DNA of 64,000 nucleotides. Source: Alphaproteobacteria bacterium. Lineage in GTDB: Bacteria > Pseudomonadota > Alphaproteobacteria > CALKHQ01. The stretch covers positions 4,006,152 to 4,070,151 of the forward strand of contig CBDDFZ010000001.1 of the NCBI GenBank assembly GCA_965227515.1, read 5' to 3'. The position numbers and the translations under genes are program-made. This document shows, in pieces, positions 41,554-52,148 of the stretch; within the stretch, counting starts at the first letter, position 1; every line of letters starts with the position of its first letter. The notes beneath the pieces were generated by a model that saw nothing but the letters and a program-made list of their open reading frames with translations, was not told the DNA's origin and did no database searches.

Positions 41554-43857
41554 ATGCGGATCGCGATAATCGGTGGCGGGCCTGGCGGCCTCTACCTGGC
41601 CATCCTGCTGCGCCGCGCGGCCACCGACCACGAGGTGGAGGTGTTCGAGCGCAACCGCGCCGACGACACGTTCGGCTTCGGCGTGGTCTTCTCCGACGAA
41701 ACCCTGGACCACATCGGGGCCGCCGACAGCACCACCTATGCCGAGATCGCCGATGCCTTCGCGCAATGGACCGATATCGACGTCCATTTCGGCGGCGAGA
41801 CCCTGACCTCGACCGGACACGGCTTTTCCGGCATGTCGCGCCAGCGCCTGCTGACCATTCTGCAGGCGCGCGCCCAGGCCCTGGGGGCCACGCTGCATTT
41901 CGAGGCCGAGGTGCCGACCATCGAGTCCCTGGCCGGCTTCGACCTGATCGTCGCTGCCGATGGCGTGAACAGCGCGATCCGGCAGGGCATGGCCGACGCC
42001 TTCCGCCCCAGCATCGACTGGCGGCCCAACCGCTTCGTGTGGCTTGGCACCACCTTCCCGTTCACCGCCTTCACCTTCTACTTCAAGGAGGACGCGCACG
42101 GCTTGTGGCGGGTGCATGCCTATCGCTACACCGACGACGCCAGCACCTTCATCGTCGAGGCGACCGAGGACACCTGGGCGCGCGCCGGCCTGGCCAATGC
42201 CGCCGAGGCGGACACCATCGCGTTCTGCGAGGCGCTGTTCGCCGAAGAACTGCAGGGCCACAGGCTGCTCGCCAACCGGTCGATCTGGCGCAATTTCCCC
42301 AACGTGCGCTGCGAGACCTGGTGGCACGACAATGTGGTGCTGCTCGGCGACGCCGCCCACACCGCGCACTTTTCCATCGGGTCGGGCACCAAGCTGGCGA
42401 TGGAGGACTCGATCTGGCTTGCCGCTGCCATTGAGCGGCATCCGGGCGACGTGCCGGCCGCACTCGCCGCCTATCAGGCGGAACGCAAGCCGCAGGTCGA
42501 CAGCACCCAGCGCGCCGCCCAGGTGAGCCTGGAATGGTTCGAGCAGACCGAGCGCTACCGCGACCTCGACCCGTTGCAGTTCACCTTCGGCCTGCTGACC
42601 CGGTCGATGCGCATCACCCACACCAATCTCAAGGAGCGCGACCCGGCCCTGGTCGCCAAGGTCGACGCCTGGGTCGCCGCCCGCGCCGCCAACCAGTCCG
42701 GCCGAAATGTTCCGATCAATGGCGAAACCGGCGCGCCGCCGCCGATGTTCACGCCGTTCCGGCTGCGCGACATGGTGCTGGAGAACCGGGTCGTGGTCTC
42801 GCCGATGTGCCAGTACGCGGCCGAGGATGGCACGCCCAACGACTGGCACCTGGTCCATATCGGCAGCCGCGCGGTCGGCGGTGCCGGCCTGGTGATCACC
42901 GAGATGACCGATGTCAGCGCCGAGGGCCGCATCACGCCGGGATGTGCGGGCATGTACGCGCCCGAGCACGTGCCGGCGTGGCGCCGCATCGTCGATTTCG
43001 TGCACGCCAATTCCGGCGCGAAGATATGCATGCAGTTGGCGCACGCCGGGCGCAAGGGCTCGACCAAGCGGTTGTGGGAGGGCATGGACGCGCCATTGGA
43101 CGAGGGCAACTGGCCGCTGATCTCGGCCTCGCCCATCCCCTACAGCGCGGCCAACCAGGTGCCGCGCGAGATGACGGCGGCGGACATGGCGCAGGTGCGC
43201 GACGATTTCGTCCGCGCCGCCGGGATGGCCGACCAGGCCGGCTTCGACATGATCGAGCTCCACTTCGCCCACGGGTACCTCTTGGCCTGCTTCCTGTCGC
43301 CGCTGACCAACCGGCGCGGCGACGACTACGGCGGCAGCCTGGAGAACCGCATGCGCTATCCGCTGGAGGTGTTCCGTGCCGTGCGCGCCGCCTGGCCGGC
43401 GCACAAGCCGATGTCGGTCCGGCTGTCGGCCACCGATTGGAAGGAGGGTGGCTTCTCCCCCGACGACGCGGTCGCCGTGGCACGTGCGCTGAAGGCCCTG
43501 GACTGCGATATCGTCGACGTGTCGGCCGGCCAGATGGTGGAGGACGACCAGCCGGTCTACGGGCGCTGCTTCCAGACCCCGTTCTCCGACAAGGTGCGGC
43601 AGGAGGCGGACATGCCGACGATGACGGTGGGCAACATCTCGTCTTATGGCGACGTCAATTCCATCGTAGCGGCGGGGCGCGCCGACCTCGTCGTGCTGGC
43701 CCGCGCCCACCTCTACGATCCGTACTGGACCCGCCACGCCGCGTTCGAGCAGGGCCACGACATGGACTGGCAGCCGCAATATGCCTCGCTGGACCGCTAC
43801 ACGCCGCGCATGGAATGGTCGCCCCGCGGCACCCAGAGCGGGCTGAAGGCCACGTGA
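41554..43857 (+). CDS. Bifunctional salicylyl-CoA 5-hydroxylase / 2-aminobenzoyl-CoA monooxygenase-reductase
   Basis: GGGPGG...[10 protein letters not shown]...[21 protein letters not shown] monooxygenase fused to an OYE domain ([21 protein letters not shown]). Confidence 0.9.
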   Translation: MRIAIIGGGPGGLYLAILLRRAATDHEVEVFERNRADDTFGFGVVFSDETLDHIGAADSTTYAEIADAFAQWTDIDVHFGGETLTSTGHGFSGMSRQRLLTILQARAQALGATLHFEAEVPTIESLAGFDLIVAADGVNSAIRQGMADAFRPSIDWRPNRFVWLGTTFPFTAFTFYFKEDAHGLWRVHAYRYTDDASTFIVEATEDTWARAGLANAAEADTIAFCEALFAEELQGHRLLANRSIWRNFPNVRCETWWHDNVVLLGDAAHTAHFSIGSGTKLAMEDSIWLAAAIERHPGDVPAALAAYQAERKPQVDSTQRAAQVSLEWFEQTERYRDLDPLQFTFGLLTRSMRITHTNLKERDPALVAKVDAWVAARAANQSGRNVPINGETGAPPPMFTPFRLRDMVLENRVVVSPMCQYAAEDGTPNDWHLVHIGSRAVGGAGLVITEMTDVSAEGRITPGCAGMYAPEHVPAWRRIVDFVHANSGAKICMQLAHAGRKGSTKRLWEGMDAPLDEGNWPLISASPIPYSAANQVPREMTAADMAQVRDDFVRAAGMADQAGFDMIELHFAHGYLLACFLSPLTNRRGDDYGGSLENRMRYPLEVFRAVRAAWPAHKPMSVRLSATDWKEGGFSPDDAVAVARALKALDCDIVDVSAGQMVEDDQPVYGRCFQTPFSDKVRQEADMPTMTVGNISSYGDVNSIVAAGRADLVVLARAHLYDPYWTRHAAFEQGHDMDWQPQYASLDRYTPRMEWSPRGTQSGLKAT

Positions 43858-43995
43858 AGCACCAGAAGCACCAATGGCATCGAACGCCCCAAGCTCCCGC
43901 AAAATGGCCGCAATCGGCCCGGATCAATCGCCCGAACGATCAAATGCGGGAACGCACACCCGACCAACACGTCATCAGGTTATCGGAGTTGCCCC

Positions 43996-44811
43996 ATGAA
44001 TAGGCCCCTTGTCGCCATCTCAGCCGCCGCAGGCATGGCGGTCGCGGTGCTGATGGCCGCCGGCCCCGCCTCGGCCCAGCCCAGCTTCAATTGCGAACGC
44101 GCCGCCACCGACGCGGAGATGATGATCTGCAACGATCCGACGCTGGCCGAGTTGGACCAGGCCATCGCCGATGCCTATTTCGCGTTGGTGGAGGAGTCGT
44201 CCCAGCTCGCGCTCGCCCGGCTGCGCCACGACCAGCGCGCCCACCTGCGCGACCGCAACGCGTGCGCCGCGGCGGGCAGCGACCTGGCCCGCGTGCGCTG
44301 CCTGGAGCGGGAGATGGTGACCCGGCTGGTCGAACTGCGCGAATCCCTGTCGGATCAGGGTATTGGCGGCGCCGACCTGGCTACCGCGCCCGGCATCGTT
44401 TGGCGGCAGGCGAGCACCGAGAGCGTGCCCGGCGAAGCCTATGCCCCCGCCGACAGTGCGCCGTTGTGTGCGGTCGACCTGCCCAACCGTCCGCTGATCG
44501 GCCTCGTCACCGCCGACAATCGCTGCCAGTTCAGCGGCCCCGTCGGCATCACCCAGGCCGACAGCTTCCACGTGCTGATCGCCGGCACCGGCGGTTTCAA
44601 CTGGTCGCGCGTGGTCACGGTCAGCCAGCCGCCGATCGACGCGGTGGAGATCTGGGAGACCGGTGACGATCGCGTGTACGTGTGCCGTGCCATGATGGAA
44701 GGCGATATTGCGTATGGCACGATGATCCCCGGCGATTCCTGTGCGGTGGTATCCGCCGGGCACACATACTTGTTGCTTTCGGGCTTTGAGGTGATGGCGG
44801 CAGTCGGATGA
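43996..44811 (+). CDS. Secreted LprI/DUF1311-type protein with DM9-like C-terminal region
   Basis: Signal peptide; PSFNCERA...ICNDPTLAELD...RNAC...CL; YVCRA motif. Confidence 0.7.
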   Translation: MNRPLVAISAAAGMAVAVLMAAGPASAQPSFNCERAATDAEMMICNDPTLAELDQAIADAYFALVEESSQLALARLRHDQRAHLRDRNACAAAGSDLARVRCLEREMVTRLVELRESLSDQGIGGADLATAPGIVWRQASTESVPGEAYAPADSAPLCAVDLPNRPLIGLVTADNRCQFSGPVGITQADSFHVLIAGTGGFNWSRVVTVSQPPIDAVEIWETGDDRVYVCRAMMEGDIAYGTMIPGDSCAVVSAGHTYLLLSGFEVMAAVG

Positions 44812-44822
44812 GGATAGGCAAC

Positions 44823-46394
44823 ATGACACCGCCAGCACGTGCGGCGCATTCGGTGGCCGCGCTGGCTGCGGCATTTCTCGTATCGGCAGTCGGCGCCGCG
44901 CCGGCCGTGGCGGCCGACCAGACCAAGGGCACGGTCGTCTGGTCCTCGGACGGGCATGACTACTGCAACGCTCATGCGGAGCGGTGTGCCCTGATCGCCC
45001 ATGCGGCCGATCAGGCGTCGACCATCGAGGACGACCACTACCGCGCCCGCGCCTGGGGTGCGATTGCCGTGGCGCTGGCCGACTCCGGTCTGATCGAAGA
45101 CGCGCAGATCGTGCTGTCGGACGCGGCGGCCGTGGCCGCAGCCACCGAAGATGCCGAGCGCAGGGTGCATGTGCTGCTCGACCTGGCCAACGCCCAGCGC
45201 AGCGCCGGCATGCCAGAATTGGCGCGCACCACCCTGGCGACGGCGGTCGAAGCCGCGCTGTCCATTGACGATCCCGCACGGGTCAACGAGAGCCTGTTCG
45301 ACATCGCCACCGCGCAGCTGGCCCACGGATACCTCGACGACGTGGCGGCAACGGCGTTCGCTATGCCGCCGGAGACGCCCCGTCGCGACGCGCTGATCCG
45401 CGATGTGGTGCAGGCGCTGGCGGTGGCGGCGCACTGGCAGGCGGCAACCACGGTCGCCGACGTGTTGGCGGGCCCCGCGCACGCGACAGCGGTCGCCGAT
45501 ATCGCCGCCGCTCAGGCCGAGGAGGGGCAGGAGGACCAGGCGCGCGCCCTGATCGACGAGGCGCAAGGGCAGCTTAGCGACCCCGCGAACGATGACGAGG
45601 CCTATGCCCGTTTGGCGCTGGTCGACGCCCTGCTCGCGCTCGGCGATTGGGATGCCGCACAGGCGATCGCGGAGGACATCGGCCACACGACGGCGCGGGT
45701 TGCCGCGCTCTCGCACCTTGCCGTCGCGCTGGCGCATGCCGGCGAAACCGAGGACGCGGCCGTCGCGTTCGACGCCGCGGTCACCCACGCCGACAACCAG
45801 GACAGCGTGTTCAGCCGTGGCCTGGACTTCGCCGATATCGCGCTCGACATGGCGGCCGCCGGCATGCTGGACGAGGCGATGGCTCTGGCGGAGCGGGTGG
45901 AGGACGACCACCTGCGGACTTATGCCTTTTTCGACCTTGCCGAAGCCCAGTCGGCGGAGGGGGCCTGGGACGATGCATTGGCAATTGCGGCCGAGATCGA
46001 TAATGCCGAGGTCCGGGTCCGAGCTTACGCGAACATAGCCGTCGCCCTGGCCGCCGATGGCATGCGAAACGAGGCCGCCGACGCACTTGCCGCTGCGGAG
46101 GCGGTTCTACCGGACATCGGCGACCCCATGCCGTTTGCCAATGCGAATGCCGACATCGCGGTCGCGCTGGCCGCCCTCCACAACTGGGCGGAAGCGACAT
46201 CCCGGGCCGCGCAGGTCGAGAACGAGCCATCGCAGAACTATGCCTACCTGATGATTGTCCGCGCCCAGATCGAGGCCGGCCTGACGCACGAGGCCTGGGC
46301 CACGGCGACCGGCATCTACGACCCGCAGGTCGCCGATCTGGTGATGGCCGACGTTATTGCGGCATTTGCAGGAAATGCGATGGAGATGCCCTAG
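44823..46394 (+). CDS. Secreted alpha-helical (TPR-like) repeat protein
   Basis: Signal peptide; repeated A..IA.I.D...R..A...IA.ALA..G units. Confidence 0.75.
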   Translation: MTPPARAAHSVAALAAAFLVSAVGAAPAVAADQTKGTVVWSSDGHDYCNAHAERCALIAHAADQASTIEDDHYRARAWGAIAVALADSGLIEDAQIVLSDAAAVAAATEDAERRVHVLLDLANAQRSAGMPELARTTLATAVEAALSIDDPARVNESLFDIATAQLAHGYLDDVAATAFAMPPETPRRDALIRDVVQALAVAAHWQAATTVADVLAGPAHATAVADIAAAQAEEGQEDQARALIDEAQGQLSDPANDDEAYARLALVDALLALGDWDAAQAIAEDIGHTTARVAALSHLAVALAHAGETEDAAVAFDAAVTHADNQDSVFSRGLDFADIALDMAAAGMLDEAMALAERVEDDHLRTYAFFDLAEAQSAEGAWDDALAIAAEIDNAEVRVRAYANIAVALAADGMRNEAADALAAAEAVLPDIGDPMPFANANADIAVALAALHNWAEATSRAAQVENEPSQNYAYLMIVRAQIEAGLTHEAWATATGIYDPQVADLVMADVIAAFAGNAMEMP

Positions 46395-47214
46395 GGCCTG
46401 TTGAGATTCATCGCGAGTTTATGACAGCTGCTGCGAGATGGATGATGGCGTTGAAGCTTGTGTCGGTTTTGTCTGCACGCATGGCGATTCGCTTGAACTC
46501 TTTGAGTTTGCAGAAGAAGTTTTCGATCAGATGACGCCATTTGTACATCTCGGCGTCGATTTGCAGCGGGCTGGCGCGGCGCGGATGCTGGGATATGACG
46601 ATCTTGGCACCGCGCTCGTTGAGGTCAGCAACGATGGCGCTGGTGTCGAACGCTTTGTCCGCGATCATCGCCTTGAAGGAGAGTCCGTCGATGAGCGGCG
46701 GCACGCCAACCGTATCGTAGCGATGGCCGGGCAGGAGCACGAAACGCACCAGATTGCCAAGCGCATCACACAGCGCGAGGATCTTCGTCGTCATCCCGCC
46801 CTTGGAGCGGCCGATGGCCTGGCTTTGAGTCCCCCTTTTGCGCCCTGGCCGTGGCGGTGCACCTTGACAATGGTGGCATCAACCATGGCGTATTCCATGT
46901 CCGGCTCGTCCAAGCAGGCCTCGAACAGCCGCACGAAGACGTCTGCTTTGACCCAGTCGCGGTATCGCTTAAAGACCGTGTTCCAAGGGCCAAAAGATGT
47001 CGGGAGATCACGCCACGGGCTGCCCGTACGCACCACCCACAGCACGGCTTCGACAAAGCGCCGGTTGTCAGCGCCACTGCGGCCCGGATCGCTCGGCTTG
47101 CCCAAGCAATGGGGTTCCATCTTCGCCCATTGGGCGTCACTCAGTACGAATCGTTCCATCCGAAGCTTGAATCACAACCAAGCACGGAGAGGAATCCTGA
47201 ATCTCAACAGGCCT
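46394..47214 (-). mobile_element. IS5-family (IS427-like) insertion sequence, 821 bp
   Basis: 17-bp TIRs GGGCCTGTTGAGATTCA / TGAATCTCAACAGGCCT (16/17); TA duplication at 46392-93 and 47215-16. Confidence 0.92.
46408..47159 (-). CDS. IS5-family transposase, two ORFs joined by a predicted -1 frameshift
   Basis: OrfA: WRDLP..FGPW.TV, MVDAT. OrfB: ADKAFD, RHLIENFFCKLKEFKRIA. Slippery AAAAGGGGG at ~46831-46839. Confidence 0.88.
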
Positions 47215-47340
47215 TAGATCATGATCATCTAAGTCTGCACCGGCCCTCGCCCCCACCCGGCCACCCACGACAGTATCCTGGTTGGGCGGCCGGATCGGGG
47301 GGAGGGCTGGCGCAGACTTCAGCGTTAGCTGATCCTGATC
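47215..47340 (+). repeat. ~130-bp palindromic dispersed repeat
   Basis: GCACCGGCCC..CCCACCCGGCCACCCA..AGTATCCTG..TGGGCGGCCGG..GGGCTGGCGCAGACTTCAGCGTTAGCTGATCC. Confidence 0.8.
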
Positions 47341-47391
47341 GAGCAGGTGCTAGCGCATTTTGCGCCGGAACGAAGCCGAGAGGAGGTCCCC

Positions 47392-48558
47392 GTGCACCGC
47401 AGAAATGTTGTCCGCGCCTTTGCCGCCGCCCCGTTGATCCTGCTTGCCGGCTGCCCGGCGCCGTTGCAGGCGGTCGATCAGATCAGCGCAACGAACCAGG
47501 GCGACATTCACGTGGCAACGGTGGTGAGCGGACTGAGCCACCCCTGGTCGCTGGAATTCCTGCCCGACGGCAGCATGCTGGTGACCGAGCGCGCGGGCCG
47601 TCTGCTGCACATCGGCACGGACAATGTGATCTCCGCCCCAATCGCTGGCGTTCCGCAAGTCGACAACCGCGGCCAGGGCGGCCTGCTGGACATCGCGCTC
47701 GACCCGGATTTCGCCACCAACCGCACGATCTATCTCAGCTTCTCGGAGCCTGGGCCCAATGGCACCAACGGCACGGCGGTGCTGCGGGCGGTGCTGTCAC
47801 CGGACAACGCCAGCCTGTCCGACCAGCAGGTCATCTTCCAGCAGAACCCGAAGGTCGACAGCATCCGCCACTATGGTTCGCGGCTGGTGTTCGACAATGA
47901 CGGCCATCTCTTCGTCACCCTGGGCGAGCGGTCGGACACGGCGTATCGCGACCAGGCGCAGGACCTGAGCAGCCACCTGGGCAAGATCGTGCGCATCAAC
48001 CCGACCGGGTCCATCCCGCAGGACAACCCATTTCTCAGCACCCCCGGCGCGTTGCCGGAGATATGGTCGTACGGCAACCGCAACGTCCAGGCCGCCGCCA
48101 TCCATCCGCCGTCCGGCATGTTGTGGGAGATCGAGCACGGGCCGCGCGGCGGCGACGAGCTGAACGTCATCCAACCCGGCGGCAACTACGGCTGGCCGCT
48201 GATCTCGTACGGCGTGAACTATGACGGCACGCCGGTCGGCACCGGCGAAAGCGCCATGCCCGGCATGATCGAGCCGCTTTACACCTGGACCCCGGTCATC
48301 GCGCCTTCGGGCATGATGTTCTATTCGGGCACGGCCTTCCCCGAATGGCAGGGTGACCTGTTCGTCGGCGGGCTGCGCTCGACCGCGCTGGTGCGCCTGG
48401 AGCTGTCGTCCAATGGCGGCATCCTGCGCGAGGAGCGGTTGCTGGAGGATGTCGGCGCCCGCATCCGCGATGTCCGGGAGGGGCCGGACGGTGCCATCTA
48501 CGTCATCACCGACGAAGACAACGGCGAGGTGATCCGCATATCGCCGGCGGGGCCGTAA
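47392..48558 (+). CDS. PQQ-dependent aldose sugar dehydrogenase (YliI/Asd family), Tat lipoprotein
   Basis: RR and LAGC lipobox; GLSHPW, GQGGLLD, HYGSRL, YGNRNVQ, EHGPRGGDELN, NYGWP. Confidence 0.9.
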   Translation: MHRRNVVRAFAAAPLILLAGCPAPLQAVDQISATNQGDIHVATVVSGLSHPWSLEFLPDGSMLVTERAGRLLHIGTDNVISAPIAGVPQVDNRGQGGLLDIALDPDFATNRTIYLSFSEPGPNGTNGTAVLRAVLSPDNASLSDQQVIFQQNPKVDSIRHYGSRLVFDNDGHLFVTLGERSDTAYRDQAQDLSSHLGKIVRINPTGSIPQDNPFLSTPGALPEIWSYGNRNVQAAAIHPPSGMLWEIEHGPRGGDELNVIQPGGNYGWPLISYGVNYDGTPVGTGESAMPGMIEPLYTWTPVIAPSGMMFYSGTAFPEWQGDLFVGGLRSTALVRLELSSNGGILREERLLEDVGARIRDVREGPDGAIYVITDEDNGEVIRISPAGP

Positions 48559-48585
48559 GCAGACGTTGCCTCCCGCAACTCACTT

Positions 48586-48681
48586 GTCATGCCCGGGCCG
48601 ACCGGAGGTCGTGTCCCGGGTATCCACGTCTTGTACCTGCCGATGAAAGACGTGGATGCCCGCAACAAGTGCGGGCATGAC
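48586..48681. repeat. REP doublet (GTCATGCCC...ATCCACGTC / GACGTGGAT...GGGCATGAC)
   Basis: Inverted pair between convergent genes. Confidence 0.75.
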
Positions 48682-48730
48682 GACGGCGGCGTCTGGGGCA
48701 TTACCGCATCGGGTCCGGACAACACGCCAT

Positions 48731-49708
48731 TTACCCGTAGCATCCCGCCTCGCGGGCGCGTTGCTGCACCAGCGCCAACACCATGTCGATGGTCGGCGTG
48801 GCGACATCGGCGATCCGGCCCATCTCCTGCACCGCGGTGACCAGGGCGTCGATCTCCATCGGCTTGCCGGCCTCGAGGTCCTGCAGCATCGACGTCTTAT
48901 GCGCGCCGACGTCGGCCGCCCAGCCGATGCGGGTCTCGACATCGACGCTGAACTTGACGCCAAGCGCCTCGCCCACCGCCTGCGCCTCCACCATCATCGC
49001 CCGCACCACCGCGCGCACCGGCGGATCGCCGGCGATATCCTCCAGCGTCGCGTGGGTCAGCGCGCTGATCGGGTTGAACGACAGATTGCCCCACAGCTTC
49101 ACCCAGATATCGTCGCGGATGCGCGGGCGCACCGGCGCCTTCAGCCCGCCGGCGTTCAGCAGCTTGGAAAGCGCATTCACCCGCTCCGAGCGGCTGCCGT
49201 CGGGCTCGCCGAGCATGAAGCGGTTGCCGTAGGTAATCCGCACCACGCCCGGCGCCTCGATGTGGCCAGCGGGATAGACGACGCAGCCGATGGCGCGTTC
49301 CGGCGGCAGCAAGTCCCATTGCGCGCAATCCGGGTCGACCGCGTTGATGCGACGGTCCTGGTACGGCCCCTCCAGCTTGTAGAAGTACCAATAGGGCACG
49401 CCGTTCATGGCGGTGACCACCGCCGTCTCGGGGCCGAGCAGCGGCGCCATCGCCGGTGCAATGCCGGACACCGCAGGCGCCTTGACGGTGATGAACACCG
49501 CATCCTGCGGGCCCAGGTCGGCGGGATCGGCGGACGCCGCAACCTGGGCGGTCTCGTCCTGCTCGTCGACGATCAGGCGGAGGCCGTTGGCGCGGATCGC
49601 CTCCAGGTGCGGGCCGCGCGCGACCACGCTGACTTCCGCGCCCGCGCGCGCCATGCATACGGCCAGATATCCACCCATGGCGCCGGCGCCATAGACGCAG
49701 ACCCGCAT
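48731..49708 (-). CDS. Ketopantoate reductase family protein (probable oxalyl-CoA reductase, PanE2-like)
   Basis: GAGAMGG, ARGPHL, NGVPYWYFY, WVKLWGN, KTSMLQD; translationally coupled to the acyl-CoA synthetase. Confidence 0.8.
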   Translation of the reverse strand: MRVCVYGAGAMGGYLAVCMARAGAEVSVVARGPHLEAIRANGLRLIVDEQDETAQVAASADPADLGPQDAVFITVKAPAVSGIAPAMAPLLGPETAVVTAMNGVPYWYFYKLEGPYQDRRINAVDPDCAQWDLLPPERAIGCVVYPAGHIEAPGVVRITYGNRFMLGEPDGSRSERVNALSKLLNAGGLKAPVRPRIRDDIWVKLWGNLSFNPISALTHATLEDIAGDPPVRAVVRAMMVEAQAVGEALGVKFSVDVETRIGWAADVGAHKTSMLQDLEAGKPMEIDALVTAVQEMGRIADVATPTIDMVLALVQQRAREAGCYG

Positions 49709-51231
49709 CAGCCGAGACCCAGTTGCTTGGCGAGTCCGATGCGCTGCAGCTTGCCGGTCGGCCCCTTCGGGATCTCATCCAGGAACACGATCTTGCGCGG
49801 CACCTTGAAGTCCGCCAGCCGCGCGGCGGCGAAGTCCCGCAGGGCGCGCTCGTCGGCATCGGCCGCGCCGTCGGCCAGCACCACGGCCGCCGCCACCTCT
49901 TCGCCGAGCTTGTCGTGCGGCATCGCAAACACCACCGCCTGGGCGACGGCGGGGTGGTCCATCAGCACCTCGTCCACCTCGCGCGGGGAGATCTTCTCGC
50001 CGCCGCGATTGATGATCTCCTTCAGACGGCCGGTGACCCGCAAATAGCCCTCGTCGTCGAGCACGCCCTGGTCACCGGTGCGGAACCAGCCGTCCGAGAA
50101 CGCCTCCGCGTTGGCCGTGGGATTGTTCTCATAGCCGGCGGTGACGTTAGGGCCCTTGATGACGATCTCGCCCACGGTATCCGCCGGCAGAAACCCGCCA
50201 TCGGGGCTCATGATCGCGACCTCGGGACCGGCCGCGATGCCGACGGACCCGGGCTTGCGCGCCGCCGGCGGCAGCGGGTTGCTGGTCATCTGGTGCGCCG
50301 CCTCGGTCATGCCGTAGGATTCGATCACCGGGCAGCCGAACGTCTCCTCCAGCTTTGCCATCACCTGCGGCGGCAGCGACGCCGACGACGAGCGCAGGAA
50401 CCGCAGGCGATGCCGGCTGAGCGACTCCGCGTTGCGGCCGGCACGGCCCAGAATCGCCTGGTACATGGTGGGCACCGCCGTGATCCAGGTGGCGTCGGAG
50501 TCGTCCAGCCAAGTGAAGGCCTTCAGCGCATTGAAGCCCGGCGTGCAATAGACCGACGCACCGGCCGCCAGCGAACTCAGCACCGCCGCCACCAGACCGT
50601 GAATATGGAACAGCGGCATGATGTTCATCACCCGGTCGGCGGGCGAGAGCTGCAGCGTGCGGCCGATATGGCGGGCAGATGCCGCCAGATTGGCCTGGCT
50701 GAGCGGCACGATCTTGGGCCGCGACGTGGTGCCCGATGTGTGCAGAACCATCGCCGTATGTTCCGGCCCCGGGTCGGTATCCTCCGGCGAGGCCGCCGCG
50801 GCGGCGCCGGCGAGCGTGAAGGTGCCGGCCGGTGACGCCGGGTCGAACGACAGCCGCAGCACGGCCACGCCATGCTGTTCGGCCACCGCCAGCGCTGGGC
50901 CGTCATAGTCGTCGGCTACGATCAGCGCGCGCGCCGCCAGGTCGGACAGATAGAAGTCGTACTCCTCGGCACGATAGGCCGGGTTCAATGGCGCGGCACA
51001 GCACGCCGTCGCCGTGGCGACGAAGGCACTCGCCATCTCCGGCCCGTTGGGCAGCACGATCGCCACCCGGTCGGCCGGGCCGATGCCGCAGCCGCGCAGC
51101 ACCACGCGGGTGTCGGCCAATTGCGCGCGCAAGAGACGGTAGGACAGCGGCGTGCGCTCAGGGGCTGCCAGCGCAACGGCATCGTCCGCCCCCTCGCCCA
51201 ACAATGTTTGCAAGGTGATGTCGGTGGTCAT
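49708..51231 (-). CDS. Acyl-CoA synthetase (probable oxalate-CoA ligase)
   Basis: LHTSGTTSRPK, PLFHIHGL, YGMTEAAHQM, FRTGD, PKGPTGKLQR. Confidence 0.85.
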   Translation of the reverse strand: MTTDITLQTLLGEGADDAVALAAPERTPLSYRLLRAQLADTRVVLRGCGIGPADRVAIVLPNGPEMASAFVATATACCAAPLNPAYRAEEYDFYLSDLAARALIVADDYDGPALAVAEQHGVAVLRLSFDPASPAGTFTLAGAAAAASPEDTDPGPEHTAMVLHTSGTTSRPKIVPLSQANLAASARHIGRTLQLSPADRVMNIMPLFHIHGLVAAVLSSLAAGASVYCTPGFNALKAFTWLDDSDATWITAVPTMYQAILGRAGRNAESLSRHRLRFLRSSSASLPPQVMAKLEETFGCPVIESYGMTEAAHQMTSNPLPPAARKPGSVGIAAGPEVAIMSPDGGFLPADTVGEIVIKGPNVTAGYENNPTANAEAFSDGWFRTGDQGVLDDEGYLRVTGRLKEIINRGGEKISPREVDEVLMDHPAVAQAVVFAMPHDKLGEEVAAAVVLADGAADADERALRDFAAARLADFKVPRKIVFLDEIPKGPTGKLQRIGLAKQLGLG

Positions 51232-51254
51232 GTGTCCGCAAGGTGGTGAGGCTT

Positions 51255-51381
51255 TAGAGCATGATCACTTAAGTCGGCACCGGCCCGCTCCCCCACCCGG
51301 CCACCCACGTGAGTATCCTGCTGGGTGGCCGGGTGGGGGAGAGGGCTGGCGCAGACTCAGCGTAAGCTGATCCCAGTCTAG
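51255..51381 (+). repeat. ~130-bp palindromic dispersed repeat
   Basis: Homologous to 47215-47340; TAG...CTAG ends. Confidence 0.8.
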
Positions 51382-51470
51382 GCGAATGCTGTTTCTCACA
51401 TCCGGGCTGGAAGCGTCCACCCCATCCTCACGCTCCCGGTCGACGGGACCTTGGGCGTGCGGCGCTCGAC

Positions 51471-51902
51471 CTAGGCGGAAACGTTGAGTGTGGCGCCGTT
51501 TTGCGGGGGTGTGGCCACACGCTGCTGCGCCTGTGCATAAGCACTGATCTCGCGCAGCGGCTCCAGGGTCAAGGCCACGGCGCGGCCATGCTGGCCCAAT
51601 TGCTGGGCGACAAATGGCGCCGAGACCGTCGGCACCACCCGCGACGCGAACGGTGCGTCGCGCTGTTGCCGTGGCAGGCCTTCGCCAGCGGGCTGGCCGC
51701 TGTTATCTGCCCGTTCGCTGCCCTGCGAACCCACCTTGCTGCCACGCAGTACGGTGTATTCCGTCTGCTCGCCCACCGGCCGCACGGCGGTCACCGCCTC
51801 GACCCATTGCGCCGTACCTGCCGCAAGCTGGGCGCGCGGACGCGCGCTGACCGTCAGGGCCTGCGGCGAAACACTCGGCGGTGGAAGGGCAATGACGTCC
51901 AT
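51471..51902 (-). CDS. Hypothetical protein
   Basis: 143-aa ORF with SAPFVAQQLGQ motif; divergent from the EAL gene. Confidence 0.5.
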   Translation of the reverse strand: MDVIALPPPSVSPQALTVSARPRAQLAAGTAQWVEAVTAVRPVGEQTEYTVLRGSKVGSQGSERADNSGQPAGEGLPRQQRDAPFASRVVPTVSAPFVAQQLGQHGRAVALTLEPLREISAYAQAQQRVATPPQNGATLNVSA

Positions 51903-52148
51903 GTCTTAACCAACTGTTCAGTGTACTCAATATGCTACACGCCCATCTGTTTGCCAACAATTTACCTCAAAATTTTCTTTTACAAAGACGTGAGGCGCCG
52001 CAACGGGCGAATATGGTTAATGAATATTAACTATACGGGCGAATTAGTGACGCCACGACCGCCACTAACACATTTTGTTAATCGTCGCGGCGATACTATC
52101 CCGGCGTTGGGTTGATCGAGGCAAACCGAACAGGCCGCGCTAGAATCC

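Noticed and set aside
46408-47159. IS5 transposase as a frameshifted pseudogene
   Set aside because: The two-ORF layout with a slippery A4G5 site and intact TIRs is normal for IS427-group elements.
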